64,000 nucleotides of DNA from a virus (Duplodnaviria > Caudoviricetes), in IMG/VR virus record IMGVR_UViG_3300032280_000442, positions 96,001 to 160,000 of that record; one strand, written 5' to 3'. Of the stretch, positions 27,016 through 36,921 are shown one piece after another (position 1 is the first letter of the stretch; each line of letters opens with the position of its first letter). The notes beneath the pieces were generated by a model. It saw nothing but the letters and a program-made list of their open reading frames with translations, ran no database searches and was not told the DNA's origin. The translations under genes and the position numbers were made by a program.

Positions 27016-28311
27016 TTATTGAGTTTTTTGATTGTACCCCATTAAAGATTTTATTCTTTCAAACTCTTCGTTAATTTGTTTTGTTTTTTTATCTTCAATA
27101 GACTCTAATTTAATGTTTACACCTTTACCTTTTTCAGTCCCACTTTTTTCGTTAAAAACAGGTTGAGGTACTCTATTATAAGATTGGTCTTTTAATTTTT
27201 TAAGTGTATTTTTCTTTCTTAATTTATTAAATCTATCATTTGTTTTAGACTCTAAAGCATTCCCACCCGGTGCGTTACCCGTTTTTGAATCTCCTTTATA
27301 TAATTTTTCCATCCAATCTTCATTAAATTCAATAGCATCAGGTGTTGGTAAATTTAGACCTGCAATTTCATAATTAAAATCTTCTAAATCATCTGTCATT
27401 TGAAAAGCCTTTTTATCCATTTTCTCTAATTCACCATTACCTACCGGAAATATTTTTGGATTCATTTCATATTCACCTTTAGAACCATCTTTAAGGTAAT
27501 CTTTCATTTTTTTGGTAACATCCTTAATATAATCATTATTCTCTTTACCAGAACCGTTGTGAGCTTTTTTATAAACCTCTAAACCTCTTGGAGAACCACC
27601 CATACCTTTAATGTTATTTTTTTCCGCAGGGTCTTTAACAATTTTATTTTTTTGGTCTTTAACAATTTTCTCAATCAAACGAATCATTTCACTTTCAGTC
27701 AATCTATAAGACTCTTTAACAGAATATTTTTTACCATCAACCTCAAAAGAATCTTTACCTTCTTTTTTTGCCTTAGCTAAAGCTCCCGAAAATGCGTTAC
27801 CTTCTTGAGTTTCTTGTTCTTCCATACCGTGTTTTACAGATTTTTTCACACTTTTTTCTTTACGTAAAAGTTTAAAGTCTTCAGAATCAATCTTATTGTT
27901 TTTGTTTCTATCCAATCTTTTTTGACGGCCTTTTAACGCCTCATTAATGTTAACACCTTGACACATTTCTTTAGTAACAGGGTCTTCCTTACCAAAATTT
28001 TCTATATGGTATTTACAAGTTTTTTCTTTGTCTTCGTCAGTATCCTCAACATCAACTTCAATGTCGTCAATATATTCATTCTCACCAACGTAGTCGAATT
28101 CACCGTTAATATCCCCTTCATCGTGAATATCTTCTTCCATTTGACCACCACTATAACCACATTCATTACATTCACCTTCATACATAGTTCCACCACATTC
28201 GCATACATCACCTTTAATTTTAGAAACAAGACTATCTGCCTTTTCTTCTAAAGTTTCTTTTAGAATTTTAGATACTAAATTATCTAAATAAGTTGTATTT
28301 AATTTTTTCAT
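27016..28311 (-). CDS. Putative head scaffold/internal protein
   Basis: Charged low-complexity; many (I/L)xE sites; CECGG..CNECG; EF-hand-like LDRNKNNKIDSEDF; TATTTATA at 28325-28332. Confidence 0.5.
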   Translation of the reverse strand: MKKLNTTYLDNLVSKILKETLEEKADSLVSKIKGDVCECGGTMYEGECNECGYSGGQMEEDIHDEGDINGEFDYVGENEYIDDIEVDVEDTDEDKEKTCKYHIENFGKEDPVTKEMCQGVNINEALKGRQKRLDRNKNNKIDSEDFKLLRKEKSVKKSVKHGMEEQETQEGNAFSGALAKAKKEGKDSFEVDGKKYSVKESYRLTESEMIRLIEKIVKDQKNKIVKDPAEKNNIKGMGGSPRGLEVYKKAHNGSGKENNDYIKDVTKKMKDYLKDGSKGEYEMNPKIFPVGNGELEKMDKKAFQMTDDLEDFNYEIAGLNLPTPDAIEFNEDWMEKLYKGDSKTGNAPGGNALESKTNDRFNKLRKKNTLKKLKDQSYNRVPQPVFNEKSGTEKGKGVNIKLESIEDKKTKQINEEFERIKSLMGYNQKTQ

Positions 28312-28350
28312 TTTTAGTTTTTATTATAAATATATTAGTTTTTAACTTTA

Positions 28351-29217
28351 TTACTTTAAAAAGGTATTTTCATACTCATAAGCAATAATTGTTTTAATTA
28401 CATTCTCACTTATATTATGTCTCTGACTAATATTTTGAATAGCTTTCTTAACTTTTTCATTCTCAAATATTTTTAGAGCCTTTATGTCACCTTGATTACA
28501 ATATGGGAATTTTTGACATTTCTTTTTAACTTGAACAAATTTACCACCCGGTATTTGTGTTTTCTTTCTACCACCCCAATCTTTTTTATTGGTTGATTTA
28601 GCCCAAGCAGATGTTGTTTCGTATGAACCGGAAGACCCTGAACCCGTAGCTTCGGTAGCTTCAACTTTTTTAGTTTCACCACAAACACATTTAGATTTAA
28701 CTCTATCACAAGAATCGCAATATTCTTCATTCATTTCTTTTTTTGTTGCTGAGAACAATGGTCCTGAGTACCCACCCGCAGAACCTGAACCTGTAGATTC
28801 TTTATTTTCTTCTTTACCAACTCGTTTGTATCGACTTTTTTTAATAAACGGGTCCGACTGACTTACATTTGGTGTACCAAATTCATTATCTTTTTCTTTA
28901 AATTTTTTAAAATCAGAATCTTTTTGTAAATCTTTCTTAAATTGTGATTTAGCACTCTTATCTTCACCCATAATAGGTAATGATGAGGTTAATTTACCAA
29001 TTGGTTTATTAATCTTAGGTTTACCCACTAATTTATCAGCAATACCTTTTTTCATTGGTCGTTTAATTATTTTTAATTTTTTATTCTCAGGAATTTCATT
29101 TTTAAATTCATTTGCAGTAATTACCGCATCAATACCTCCTTGCGACACAACATTAGATTTTCCAATTTCTTCAGAATAAGCCTTTTTCAAATCAGCCCCA
29201 ATACTTTCTTTTAACAT
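28351..29217 (-). CDS. Putative head-associated protein
   Basis: MLKES start; repeated E(S/A)TGSGS(A/S)G.Y; Cys clusters. Confidence 0.5.
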   Translation of the reverse strand: MLKESIGADLKKAYSEEIGKSNVVSQGGIDAVITANEFKNEIPENKKLKIIKRPMKKGIADKLVGKPKINKPIGKLTSSLPIMGEDKSAKSQFKKDLQKDSDFKKFKEKDNEFGTPNVSQSDPFIKKSRYKRVGKEENKESTGSGSAGGYSGPLFSATKKEMNEEYCDSCDRVKSKCVCGETKKVEATEATGSGSSGSYETTSAWAKSTNKKDWGGRKKTQIPGGKFVQVKKKCQKFPYCNQGDIKALKIFENEKVKKAIQNISQRHNISENVIKTIIAYEYENTFLK

Positions 29218-29221
29218 AATC

Positions 29222-29467
29222 TTAAGCTTGTTTAAGTCTTGGTTCCCAATAACTTCTATTGGTCCACATAAATTGATAAAATTCTCGGAACATTCTTAAT
29301 GTAATGTCTTTAACATCACCTTCAAGTTTACCTCGTTTAATTTCTTTTGCTATTGTATCAATTAATTTATTTTCATACTGTTGTAAAGTAGAACTCCCCA
29401 GAAAATCTTTAATTTCTTTACGGATTAATGTTTCAATTTCTTTTTTATCTGTTGCTGATAATGCCAT
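29222..29467 (-). CDS. Hypothetical protein
   Basis: Start reassigned to MALSATDKKEIETLIRKEIK, overlapping upstream stop. Confidence 0.7.
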   Translation of the reverse strand: MALSATDKKEIETLIRKEIKDFLGSSTLQQYENKLIDTIAKEIKRGKLEGDVKDITLRMFREFYQFMWTNRSYWEPRLKQA

Positions 29468-29913
29468 TATTTTGTTAAAATAAGATATGTTGATGCGATA
29501 ATACCCGCATAAGTACCTACTTTCCATAAGAAAGTTTTAGTTCTCTGACCTTTAAGTTCTTTATGTAAACTGTTAGTTAATTCTTCTGAAATTTTTAATT
29601 GTTCATCTTTTTTACCTAACATAAAATTATTATTCTTATCTTTTTCTTCAAGAAGAACTATGTGAGAATCTTTTTCTTTTTCTCTCTCTTCAGTTTTGAT
29701 TAGTTTTTCCTGAGTCAATTTTAATTCAACTTCACAACCATCACCTTTAAGAATATCTTTAATTGCCAATTTAGCGACCGGAACTTTTAACCTAATCTTA
29801 GTGGTATCACTTTGAGTTGTTGGTATATTAGTTTTTTGATTTGTCGTATCTGTTTGTGAAAAACTGCTCAAGCTCGTTAGCAGTAAGAGTGTCAACACTA
29901 TTAACTTTTTCAT
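29467..29913 (-). CDS. Secreted coiled-coil protein with C-terminal TM (spanin-like)
   Basis: Signal peptide, coiled coil, C-terminal hydrophobic helix; overlaps upstream gene by 86 nt. Confidence 0.55.
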   Translation of the reverse strand: MKKLIVLTLLLLTSLSSFSQTDTTNQKTNIPTTQSDTTKIRLKVPVAKLAIKDILKGDGCEVELKLTQEKLIKTEEREKEKDSHIVLLEEKDKNNNFMLGKKDEQLKISEELTNSLHKELKGQRTKTFLWKVGTYAGIIASTYLILTK

Positions 29914-30187
29914 TTGTTTGTTTTTTAATTATTGTTATGTTATTGTCTATGTGATGAATTTCTTTTGTAATTTTAACCACATTACCTTTTACAGAATCAA
30001 TCTTAACGTCAATCCCTTCATTAATCGCTTTAGCAGAATCAATTTCTGTTTGAATTGATTCGATTTTCTTTTTATAACTATCAACATCAGTTTTAATTCC
30101 ATTGGTTGTAAAGATGTTCCATCCCGCCAATACAATAACGATTATCAATAATATATTCTGTTTATTATTACTTACAATATCTTTCAT
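29828..30187 (-). CDS. N-anchored coiled-coil protein (i-spanin-like)
   Basis: N-terminal TM then coiled coil; near amidase. Confidence 0.55.
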   Translation of the reverse strand: MKDIVSNNKQNILLIIVIVLAGWNIFTTNGIKTDVDSYKKKIESIQTEIDSAKAINEGIDVKIDSVKGNVVKITKEIHHIDNNITIIKKQTNEKVNSVDTLTANELEQFFTNRYDKSKN

Positions 30188-30801
30188 TATTCTTCTGTTT
30201 TAACTGTTTTTTTTCTTGAGGCTAAAACTCCAGCCCATTTTGATTTAAATTTTTCATAATAATTTTTTAATTTACCAATTAAATTTAAAAATTCATCATC
30301 AACTTTTAACATTTCACCATTAATATAAACACCATTTTCTTCACCTATTGAAAAGAAAAATTCAATATCAAATTCTATTAAAGTACCTGACCATTCAACA
30401 TTATTTGTGTATACGTTTAGTTTATTAAAATCCGCCATATCCGAAACATCGGCAACAAATTCATCCATAGTTTCTTGGAATGCAATTTTTTCATCTGTTG
30501 TTAATTCTAAATCTGTTTGGTTTTTACCGTGTAAAACTAATAATCCACCTGAAATTCGATAAACTTGTTTTTTATCGTCCTCAGATTCTTCTTCGTCATC
30601 TTCAGCAGTATCATAATCAATTTTATCTTTAACTGATTTTGTTACATTAATTTTTGAAGTGACATTGTTATCAGTTAAGTCAACACCTTGTTCTGTCAAT
30701 AATCCGTATTGTCTACGGATATCCTCATTAATAGTCTCATTATTTAATAATTTTCTTGAGGCTTCTAATAATTGTTTAATTTCATCGTGTGAATTGTTCA
30801 T
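30187..30801 (-). CDS. Hypothetical protein with LLE/INE/LTEQ leader
   Basis: 204 aa ORF. Confidence 0.75.
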   Translation of the reverse strand: MNNSHDEIKQLLEASRKLLNNETINEDIRRQYGLLTEQGVDLTDNNVTSKINVTKSVKDKIDYDTAEDDEEESEDDKKQVYRISGGLLVLHGKNQTDLELTTDEKIAFQETMDEFVADVSDMADFNKLNVYTNNVEWSGTLIEFDIEFFFSIGEENGVYINGEMLKVDDEFLNLIGKLKNYYEKFKSKWAGVLASRKKTVKTEE

Positions 30802-31390
30802 TTTCTATATTTTTTAAAAGTTCATTAAATTCAAATGCAGGACTAACATCTGTATAATCAGTACTAAAATTACTTTTAGTTACAACTCCACAATATTTTT
30901 CAATCCTATTTATTTTTGTGTTATGTTCTATTATTTGTGGTTTGATATTACTAACTTCAAACAACTCTTTACATAATAACCCAAGATTTTTAATTTGAGT
31001 TTCAGTATATGGTTGCCAAAAAAAGTAATCTCTCCACTTCTTTTTAAACACCTCACCTTTATAAATATCCCCAATCCAGTTAATGTAATGGTCTGTTAGC
31101 GGTTCTTTTTGTAACCACCCTAAATTTTCTAACGATATAATAATTGAATTACGATTTATATTGGGGTCTTTGAAGTATTCCGAGTGTTCGGTGTTTCCCA
31201 ATAATTGTATAATTTTACCCTCCCGAGTAATAATGTAGTTAGGAATCCTTTTAAAACCCCCATTAAAACGAAACTTCAACGACTGAAGGTAGTCGTTGAT
31301 ATTTCGTGATGTGTGTGTAAGTATGATTTGGTGTTTCTTCTTTTGTTTTCCAACAGGTTTAAATTCACCATAATTAATAATATCTATCAT
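30782..31390 (-). CDS. N-acetylmuramoyl-L-alanine amidase-like protein (Amidase_2 fold)
   Basis: IILTHT, NYIITREGKIIQL, NRNSIII.LEN, YTETQI..L..L, DVSP. Confidence 0.8.
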   Translation of the reverse strand: MIDIINYGEFKPVGKQKKKHQIILTHTSRNINDYLQSLKFRFNGGFKRIPNYIITREGKIIQLLGNTEHSEYFKDPNINRNSIIISLENLGWLQKEPLTDHYINWIGDIYKGEVFKKKWRDYFFWQPYTETQIKNLGLLCKELFEVSNIKPQIIEHNTKINRIEKYCGVVTKSNFSTDYTDVSPAFEFNELLKNIENEQFTR

Positions 31391-31408
31391 TCTTCATAGA
31401 TTATAATT

Positions 31409-32173
31409 TTATGATAGTGTTTTAGTATAATTTAACCTAATTGTTGTTGGTTTTTCTTCTATAATCTCTTCCTCAATATCTCCAAATTCTTCATCAAAAT
31501 AATCTTCTTCATCTACTGATTCAGATTGATACACAGGAACCTCAACTATTTTTTCCACAATTTTTTCAACAATTACTTCAACCGGAACCTCAACTATTTT
31601 TTCAACAATTACTTCTTCAATTACCGGAACCTCAACAACAACTTCTTTAATAATCTCTTTTTCCACAATAACTTCTTTAATAACCTCTTTTACCTCAAGA
31701 TTACCTTTTTTTCCATCATCGTATTTTGTGAAGAAATGTAATGATGTTAATGAAATTACCGGAAGTAAACCACCTTCTAAGAACGCTAACCATCTTTTCA
31801 TTGCAATTACATCATTACCCTTTGAACCCAACATCTCCCAAACAGGTCCGGTTAGTTCCATCCAAGATTTAAATAATTCACCTGTTTCATCAATTTCTTT
31901 ATAACAGAAAAAGATATTACCAATCATTTGAATAAAGGTAATTAATCCAAACATAAACCATACTCCACCTTTAATTTTGTTGGTTGCAGCAACCAATGCA
32001 GTCATAGCACCAATCTCAATCGCGATAGATAAGTAAATAGCCCAACTAATAGGGTTCGCTAAGTTATACCAAGAGACAACGTGAGATATTGATATTCCCG
32101 CAACTAATAATATAGGTACTAAGAACATAGCCCTATTTGGGTGTTCTTTTACCCAATTCCATATTTTTTTCAT
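31409..32173 (-). CDS. Multi-TM membrane protein with VEKI/VEVP repeats (holin candidate)
   Basis: About 4 TM helices then (V/I)EK(I)VEVP repeats; directly upstream of amidase. Confidence 0.6.
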   Translation of the reverse strand: MKKIWNWVKEHPNRAMFLVPILLVAGISISHVVSWYNLANPISWAIYLSIAIEIGAMTALVAATNKIKGGVWFMFGLITFIQMIGNIFFCYKEIDETGELFKSWMELTGPVWEMLGSKGNDVIAMKRWLAFLEGGLLPVISLTSLHFFTKYDDGKKGNLEVKEVIKEVIVEKEIIKEVVVEVPVIEEVIVEKIVEVPVEVIVEKIVEKIVEVPVYQSESVDEEDYFDEEFGDIEEEIIEEKPTTIRLNYTKTLS

Positions 32174-32442
32174 TATTTCTCTAATTTAGAAATTTCTTGG
32201 TCAATCTCAGTTTGTCTATTAACATCTAAGATTTTTCTATCAGACGCTTGAATAGCTCTTTTTTCTGATTTAAGACCTTCAATTTTTATTTCTTTACGAA
32301 GTTTAACCGATAATGTGTCAACGCTATCGTTAACATTTTGTACTTTTGTGTTAGTTGTACAGGTTTTGAAGAAAATGATTACCACAAGTAAAAACATTAT
32401 TCTAACACCCCAAGCGTCAATAAAATTTAATATTCCTTTCAT
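32173..32442 (-). CDS. Membrane-anchored small protein
   Basis: N-terminal TM ending FKTC, possible lipobox. Confidence 0.65.
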   Translation of the reverse strand: MKGILNFIDAWGVRIMFLLVVIIFFKTCTTNTKVQNVNDSVDTLSVKLRKEIKIEGLKSEKRAIQASDRKILDVNRQTEIDQEISKLEK

Positions 32443-32471
32443 AATTTTTGTTTTAAGTTTATCATAAAAGT

Positions 32472-32503
32472 AAAAAACCTTCTATTATAATAAATAGAAG
32501 GTT
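32472..32503 (-). terminator. Terminator of sigma gene with embedded TATTTAT motif
   Basis: minus strand aaccttctatt-tattat-aatagaaggtttttt. Confidence 0.75.
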
Positions 32504-32512
32504 CTAAACTTT

Positions 32513-33313
32513 TTACAAATATTCAAACAATATTGAACTATCATTCCTTAATTTTCGTAAAGCCTTTTCTTTGATTTGTCTAACTCGTTCTTTTGTTAGA
32601 TTAAAATCCGTACCAATATCTTCAAGGGTTCTTGGTGTCCCACTAAGACCGTAATAGTCCTCAACAATCACTTTTTCTCTTTCATCTAAAACACTTAGTA
32701 AAGAATGTAACTGTAATTTTAATTCATCTTTAGTGTTAAATACCTCATCCGGCATATCCGCTTGGTCATTTTTAATGATATCTACAAGAGTATCACCATC
32801 TTCGTTGATATTCATATCCAAATCAATCATTGAAGGTAGGTTTTGGAATTTATCTTCTAACTTACCACCATTAGATTCAATTGCTTTCTTAGCTCTATGT
32901 AAATCCTGAACCACATTAACCGGTAGTCTAATTGTACGAGCATTATCATTTAATGATTGAAGGATGGATTGTTTAACCCACCATACAGCATAAGATATAA
33001 ATCTAAGGTTCTTAGACCAATCAAAATTTTGGATTGCTTTCATCAATCCTAAGTTACCCTCAGAGATTAAATCAGGGAAGTCTAAACCTTGATTTTGATA
33101 TTGTTTAGCAACTGTAATAACAAAACGTAAGTTACCCTCCAACAATTCTTGGTTTACATCATCAATCTCTCTTGGAGATAAAGTCCCGGACATAATCAAT
33201 TTAGATAATTCTCTCTCTCTTTCAGGAGTCATTACTTTAATCTTACGAATGTCTTTTAAATACAAGTTAATCTCTTCTTGATTAATTGGAATACCTGAGC
33301 TTTTTTCTTTCAT
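32513..33313 (-). CDS. RNA polymerase sigma-70 factor, Bacteroidota RpoD-like (no region 1.1)
   Basis: YLKDI, NLRFVITVAKQYQNQG, DLISEGNLGL, RFISYAVWW, TLEDIG..LTKERVRQIKEKALRKLR. Confidence 0.95.
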   Translation of the reverse strand: MKEKSSGIPINQEEINLYLKDIRKIKVMTPERERELSKLIMSGTLSPREIDDVNQELLEGNLRFVITVAKQYQNQGLDFPDLISEGNLGLMKAIQNFDWSKNLRFISYAVWWVKQSILQSLNDNARTIRLPVNVVQDLHRAKKAIESNGGKLEDKFQNLPSMIDLDMNINEDGDTLVDIIKNDQADMPDEVFNTKDELKLQLHSLLSVLDEREKVIVEDYYGLSGTPRTLEDIGTDFNLTKERVRQIKEKALRKLRNDSSILFEYL

Positions 33314-33314
33314 A

Positions 33315-33890
33315 TTAATTTGAGTATTTGTTTAATTGCGATAATTCTTTTTCAGTCAACGAATTTAAACCTTTTTCTTTAATCTTTTCTAATAATTCGT
33401 CTAAAGATGGACTACGTTGTTTGTTTTTAATTTCATCTATGTCAGACCATTCATCTTCATCATATTCAAAATAAAAATTTTCAATGTTTAAATTAAAATT
33501 ATCTCGGATTTGTTCTTGTATCATTTTTCGTACCTCAAATTCATTTGGTTCAGAACCAAGTGATTTTTCTGACATAAAGTCACTAATCCCATCATTAAAA
33601 AGATGTTTTGATATTTTTTCAGGTAAACCATATGACAATTTGTCAGACGTATAAGGTAGTAATACATACATTATCTCACCAACACCTAAAATCATATCAA
33701 CATAATCTTTCACATCCTCATAGGAATCTAATGTTGAGATTGTGAACACAGATGATTCTGGTCCAAAATAAAAATTAAGATTTGGTGTATCCGAAATAAC
33801 ACATAATTCTTCGGCAATTTGTTCTGTAAATTCTTTTGGGTTGTCGTTTTTAGCAAAGACAAATAAAATGTATTTGGTTAAGTCCTTCAT
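33315..33890 (-). CDS. Hypothetical protein with C-terminal DUF6576-like helix
   Basis: LDELLEKIKEKGLNSLTEKE; TACTTTTG at 33922-33929. Confidence 0.7.
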   Translation of the reverse strand: MKDLTKYILFVFAKNDNPKEFTEQIAEELCVISDTPNLNFYFGPESSVFTISTLDSYEDVKDYVDMILGVGEIMYVLLPYTSDKLSYGLPEKISKHLFNDGISDFMSEKSLGSEPNEFEVRKMIQEQIRDNFNLNIENFYFEYDEDEWSDIDEIKNKQRSPSLDELLEKIKEKGLNSLTEKELSQLNKYSN

Positions 33891-33929
33891 ACGTTATACG
33901 TTTAAATTAGATATTATGTTACAAAAGTA

Positions 33930-34457
33930 CTAAACTCTTTTGGAATAACCAACTATTTGATAAAAATCTTTTTTTCCCTCACAGTAATCTTTAACTTTTT
34001 CAAGTAATTCTTTAAACATAAAAGCTCCTGTTGTTTGTTTTTCACAAATTGAAAATAATTCAATAAATGCAGTTAAGGTCGCAATACTGTAGTATCCAGT
34101 ATTATTCAAATCATTATACTTATTAACCAGGTCTAATGTATGAACCAAATTATAATCATTTCTTTGTTCAACTGATGTGAATGGTTTGGTATTTTCATAC
34201 ATTAAAATTAAGTCATTTACATATTCTAACACAAGATTTTTATTTGATTCACATTTAACCAATAAATCCACAATCCAATGTGTATGTGATGGAGTTCTTA
34301 ATCGTTTACCCTCTTCTCGGTATTTAACAATAAAGTCAAGTTCCGGATTCTCACCTCTCATACCTTGATAAATACCAATAGTCGTTTTATCATCTGTTTT
34401 CCAATAAGTTAAAGGACTGTGAGCCACTTTTTTTCTATTATAAATTAGCTGTTTCAT
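33930..34457 (-). CDS. Hypothetical protein
   Basis: 175 aa; own promoter TTTG-N19-TATCTTTG 34481-34511. Confidence 0.75.
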   Translation of the reverse strand: MKQLIYNRKKVAHSPLTYWKTDDKTTIGIYQGMRGENPELDFIVKYREEGKRLRTPSHTHWIVDLLVKCESNKNLVLEYVNDLILMYENTKPFTSVEQRNDYNLVHTLDLVNKYNDLNNTGYYSIATLTAFIELFSICEKQTTGAFMFKELLEKVKDYCEGKKDFYQIVGYSKRV

Positions 34458-34514
34458 TAATATTTAGTTAAATTAGGTAACAAAGATACTAAAAAAATTA
34501 TGTTTCCCAAATTT

Positions 34515-36884
34515 TTATTGGGAAACATAACTAATATTTTCTTCTTTTCTAATTCTTACCACATTATCCGCCCAATTTGTTACTAATGGGTTGTGAGTTA
34601 TAACAAATATTTTCTCAAAGTATTCTTTAATTTTAGAGAAAAACTCCGATACCATCTCCAAGTTATCGTTGGACATCTTTCCAAACACCTCGTCAAATAC
34701 AACAACGTTAGCTCTTGGTAATGAACATATCTTACTTAACACCGCTCTTAACGCTAGTGAAGCGATTGACCTTTCATATCCGGAACCGGACGCCATTGGT
34801 TTCTCAACTTGGGTGTTATTATCAATCATAAGGAAGTCAACCTCATTCTTATCGTTAATCTTAACTTCTAATCTAAAGTGACAACTATCCTCTAACAATC
34901 GTTGAAGTTCACTATTAATAAGTGGCATCATAGTCTTCATTATAAGTTTGGTCACACCATTCTTACCAAAAATTTCCAAATAGATTTTGTATATTCTTTC
35001 TCTCTCTGCCTCTTCCGCAATCTTTCTAATTGTTTCCAAGTTAGAAGTTATCTTAGTAGTTAGATTGGTAATTGTAAATTTATTGTTTGAAATACTAGTT
35101 TCAATAGTTTTCTTTTCACCCTCAAGTTCATCAATTCTAATCGCAGCTTTAATCAACAATCCATCTGTCTTATTATTTTCAATAATCTTATCCTGAACTT
35201 CAGAGTATCTTTCCAATTTGGTTTTCAACGCATCAATCATCAATTGAAAACGTTCAACACTTAATTCATATTTTTCTTTGATAAGTTTGTTCTTCTCATA
35301 CTCATCAAACTCTTTTTTAAGATTAACAAAACTTTCTTCTTTGCTGGTTAATTCACGCATTAACCCCTCTAATTCCTCTTTATGAGTGATAAGTCCGGCA
35401 AGTTCCCCAATTTTTGCGTTGGTAATCGCCGCATTCATTAGTTCAATACCACAGTGTTCACATTTGATTCCACCATCAACCGAACTCTTCAACTCCTCAA
35501 TACTTTTAATCTTTGCGTTGTTCTCAGCTTGTTTGGTAATTAAATCTTTAATCTCCTGTTTTACCTCATCGTGTTTATCCTCGTGATAAAATTCAGATGG
35601 TTCAACAACCTTAACACCATCTCTATCTGAAATAGCTTTGGATTTTTGTAAGTCCAACCCATTAATCTCTTCCTGAACTTTGTCCGGAGAAACCGTTACC
35701 AATTCATTATCAATGTTGTGTTTGGATTTCAATAACCCATCACGATACTCTTGACCTTTAAGGATTCTTGATTTAGCATCTTCCAATTGAGTATCTAACG
35801 TAAGATTACTCTCCGTTAGAGTATCAATGGTATCTTGACTAGTTTGGTTGTCCGTTTTAAGTTCTTCAGAGTTATAAATGTTTGACAACATTCCTTTGGA
35901 GAAGTCACTATAAATTTCTTTAGCAGCTTCTTCTTTACGTTTAAGGAAATCTAACCCCATAAACCTTGAAAGAACTTGACCCCTCGCCGTAGGTTTGGCA
36001 TCAATTAGTTCTTCCAAGTTGGTGGCAGTTGTTAGGATGGTCATTAAGAAGTCCTCTTTGGTTCCGATAGACGTTTTGATAAACGCCTCGGTCTCTCTTC
36101 GTTGTTCTCCGGTGAAGTTCTGCAAACTACCATCAGACAATCTTTTGTAGAAGTCCAACTCGGTCTTAACCGTCCATTCATTTTTCTTTGATAACTTTCT
36201 CTCAATATTTCTCAATATGATATACTCCTCACCATCGATTGTAATCTCACCTTTTACGGCAACTTTGTTTCTCTCTGTAAACCTATTGAATATCTCCTCC
36301 GCTTTGGATGTCTTGGTTGTCTCATTAAAGAATAAGAACATAAGTAAATCCACAGTAAGAACTGTCTTACCCCCAAAGTTAGGTGGGTTTGACTCTACAA
36401 CCGTAATCCCATCACACTTCTCAAAATCTATCTTCTGATTCTCACCATAGGATAAAAAGTTTGAGAACTCAATGTTTTTGATATACCATCTCTTAAACGG
36501 AGTGGCATCGGTTTGGTCCTGTAACAATTTGTTATCCACAATACTATTAAGTTGGTAGATATCATCGTAGTGTTCCATATTCCCTTTTGAATCCAAGAAT
36601 GAACGAACTAACTCTAATTGATAGTTCTCATCCAAGATGTTAAAGGATATGTCTACGGTATGTGTGGTGTCGTCAGCAACCTTTGTCTTTGTAATAACAT
36701 TAACATTGGTTGTGTTGTACTTTTTTTGAAAGTAATGACGAACACTTTTTATTTTTTCTTGTGTAAAGTTTTCAGCATAGTCCTCCCATACAATCTGTAG
36801 GTAAGGATTATCAAAACTTGTGATATCTAAATCTTTTATCATTATTGTGTAATTAAATTCTATGGGGGGATTAAATAAATCCAT
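34515..36884 (-). CDS. sbcC: SbcC/Rad50 (gp46-like) ATPase with extra N-terminal domain
   Basis: IEFSNFLSYG, NFGGKT Walker A, CEHC zinc hook, SGYE signature, VFDEVFG Walker B, ITH. Confidence 0.92.
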   Translation of the reverse strand: MDLFNPPIEFNYTIMIKDLDITSFDNPYLQIVWEDYAENFTQEKIKSVRHYFQKKYNTTNVNVITKTKVADDTTHTVDISFNILDENYQLELVRSFLDSKGNMEHYDDIYQLNSIVDNKLLQDQTDATPFKRWYIKNIEFSNFLSYGENQKIDFEKCDGITVVESNPPNFGGKTVLTVDLLMFLFFNETTKTSKAEEIFNRFTERNKVAVKGEITIDGEEYIILRNIERKLSKKNEWTVKTELDFYKRLSDGSLQNFTGEQRRETEAFIKTSIGTKEDFLMTILTTATNLEELIDAKPTARGQVLSRFMGLDFLKRKEEAAKEIYSDFSKGMLSNIYNSEELKTDNQTSQDTIDTLTESNLTLDTQLEDAKSRILKGQEYRDGLLKSKHNIDNELVTVSPDKVQEEINGLDLQKSKAISDRDGVKVVEPSEFYHEDKHDEVKQEIKDLITKQAENNAKIKSIEELKSSVDGGIKCEHCGIELMNAAITNAKIGELAGLITHKEELEGLMRELTSKEESFVNLKKEFDEYEKNKLIKEKYELSVERFQLMIDALKTKLERYSEVQDKIIENNKTDGLLIKAAIRIDELEGEKKTIETSISNNKFTITNLTTKITSNLETIRKIAEEAERERIYKIYLEIFGKNGVTKLIMKTMMPLINSELQRLLEDSCHFRLEVKINDKNEVDFLMIDNNTQVEKPMASGSGYERSIASLALRAVLSKICSLPRANVVVFDEVFGKMSNDNLEMVSEFFSKIKEYFEKIFVITHNPLVTNWADNVVRIRKEENISYVSQ

Positions 36885-36890
36885 TGGTTG

Positions 36891-36921
36891 AATGTCTAAA
36901 AAATGTCTAAGGAATGTCTAA
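36891..36921. repeat. Three direct repeats AATGTCTAA at 11-bp period
   Basis: Copies at 36891, 36902, 36913, just upstream of sbcC. Confidence 0.85.
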
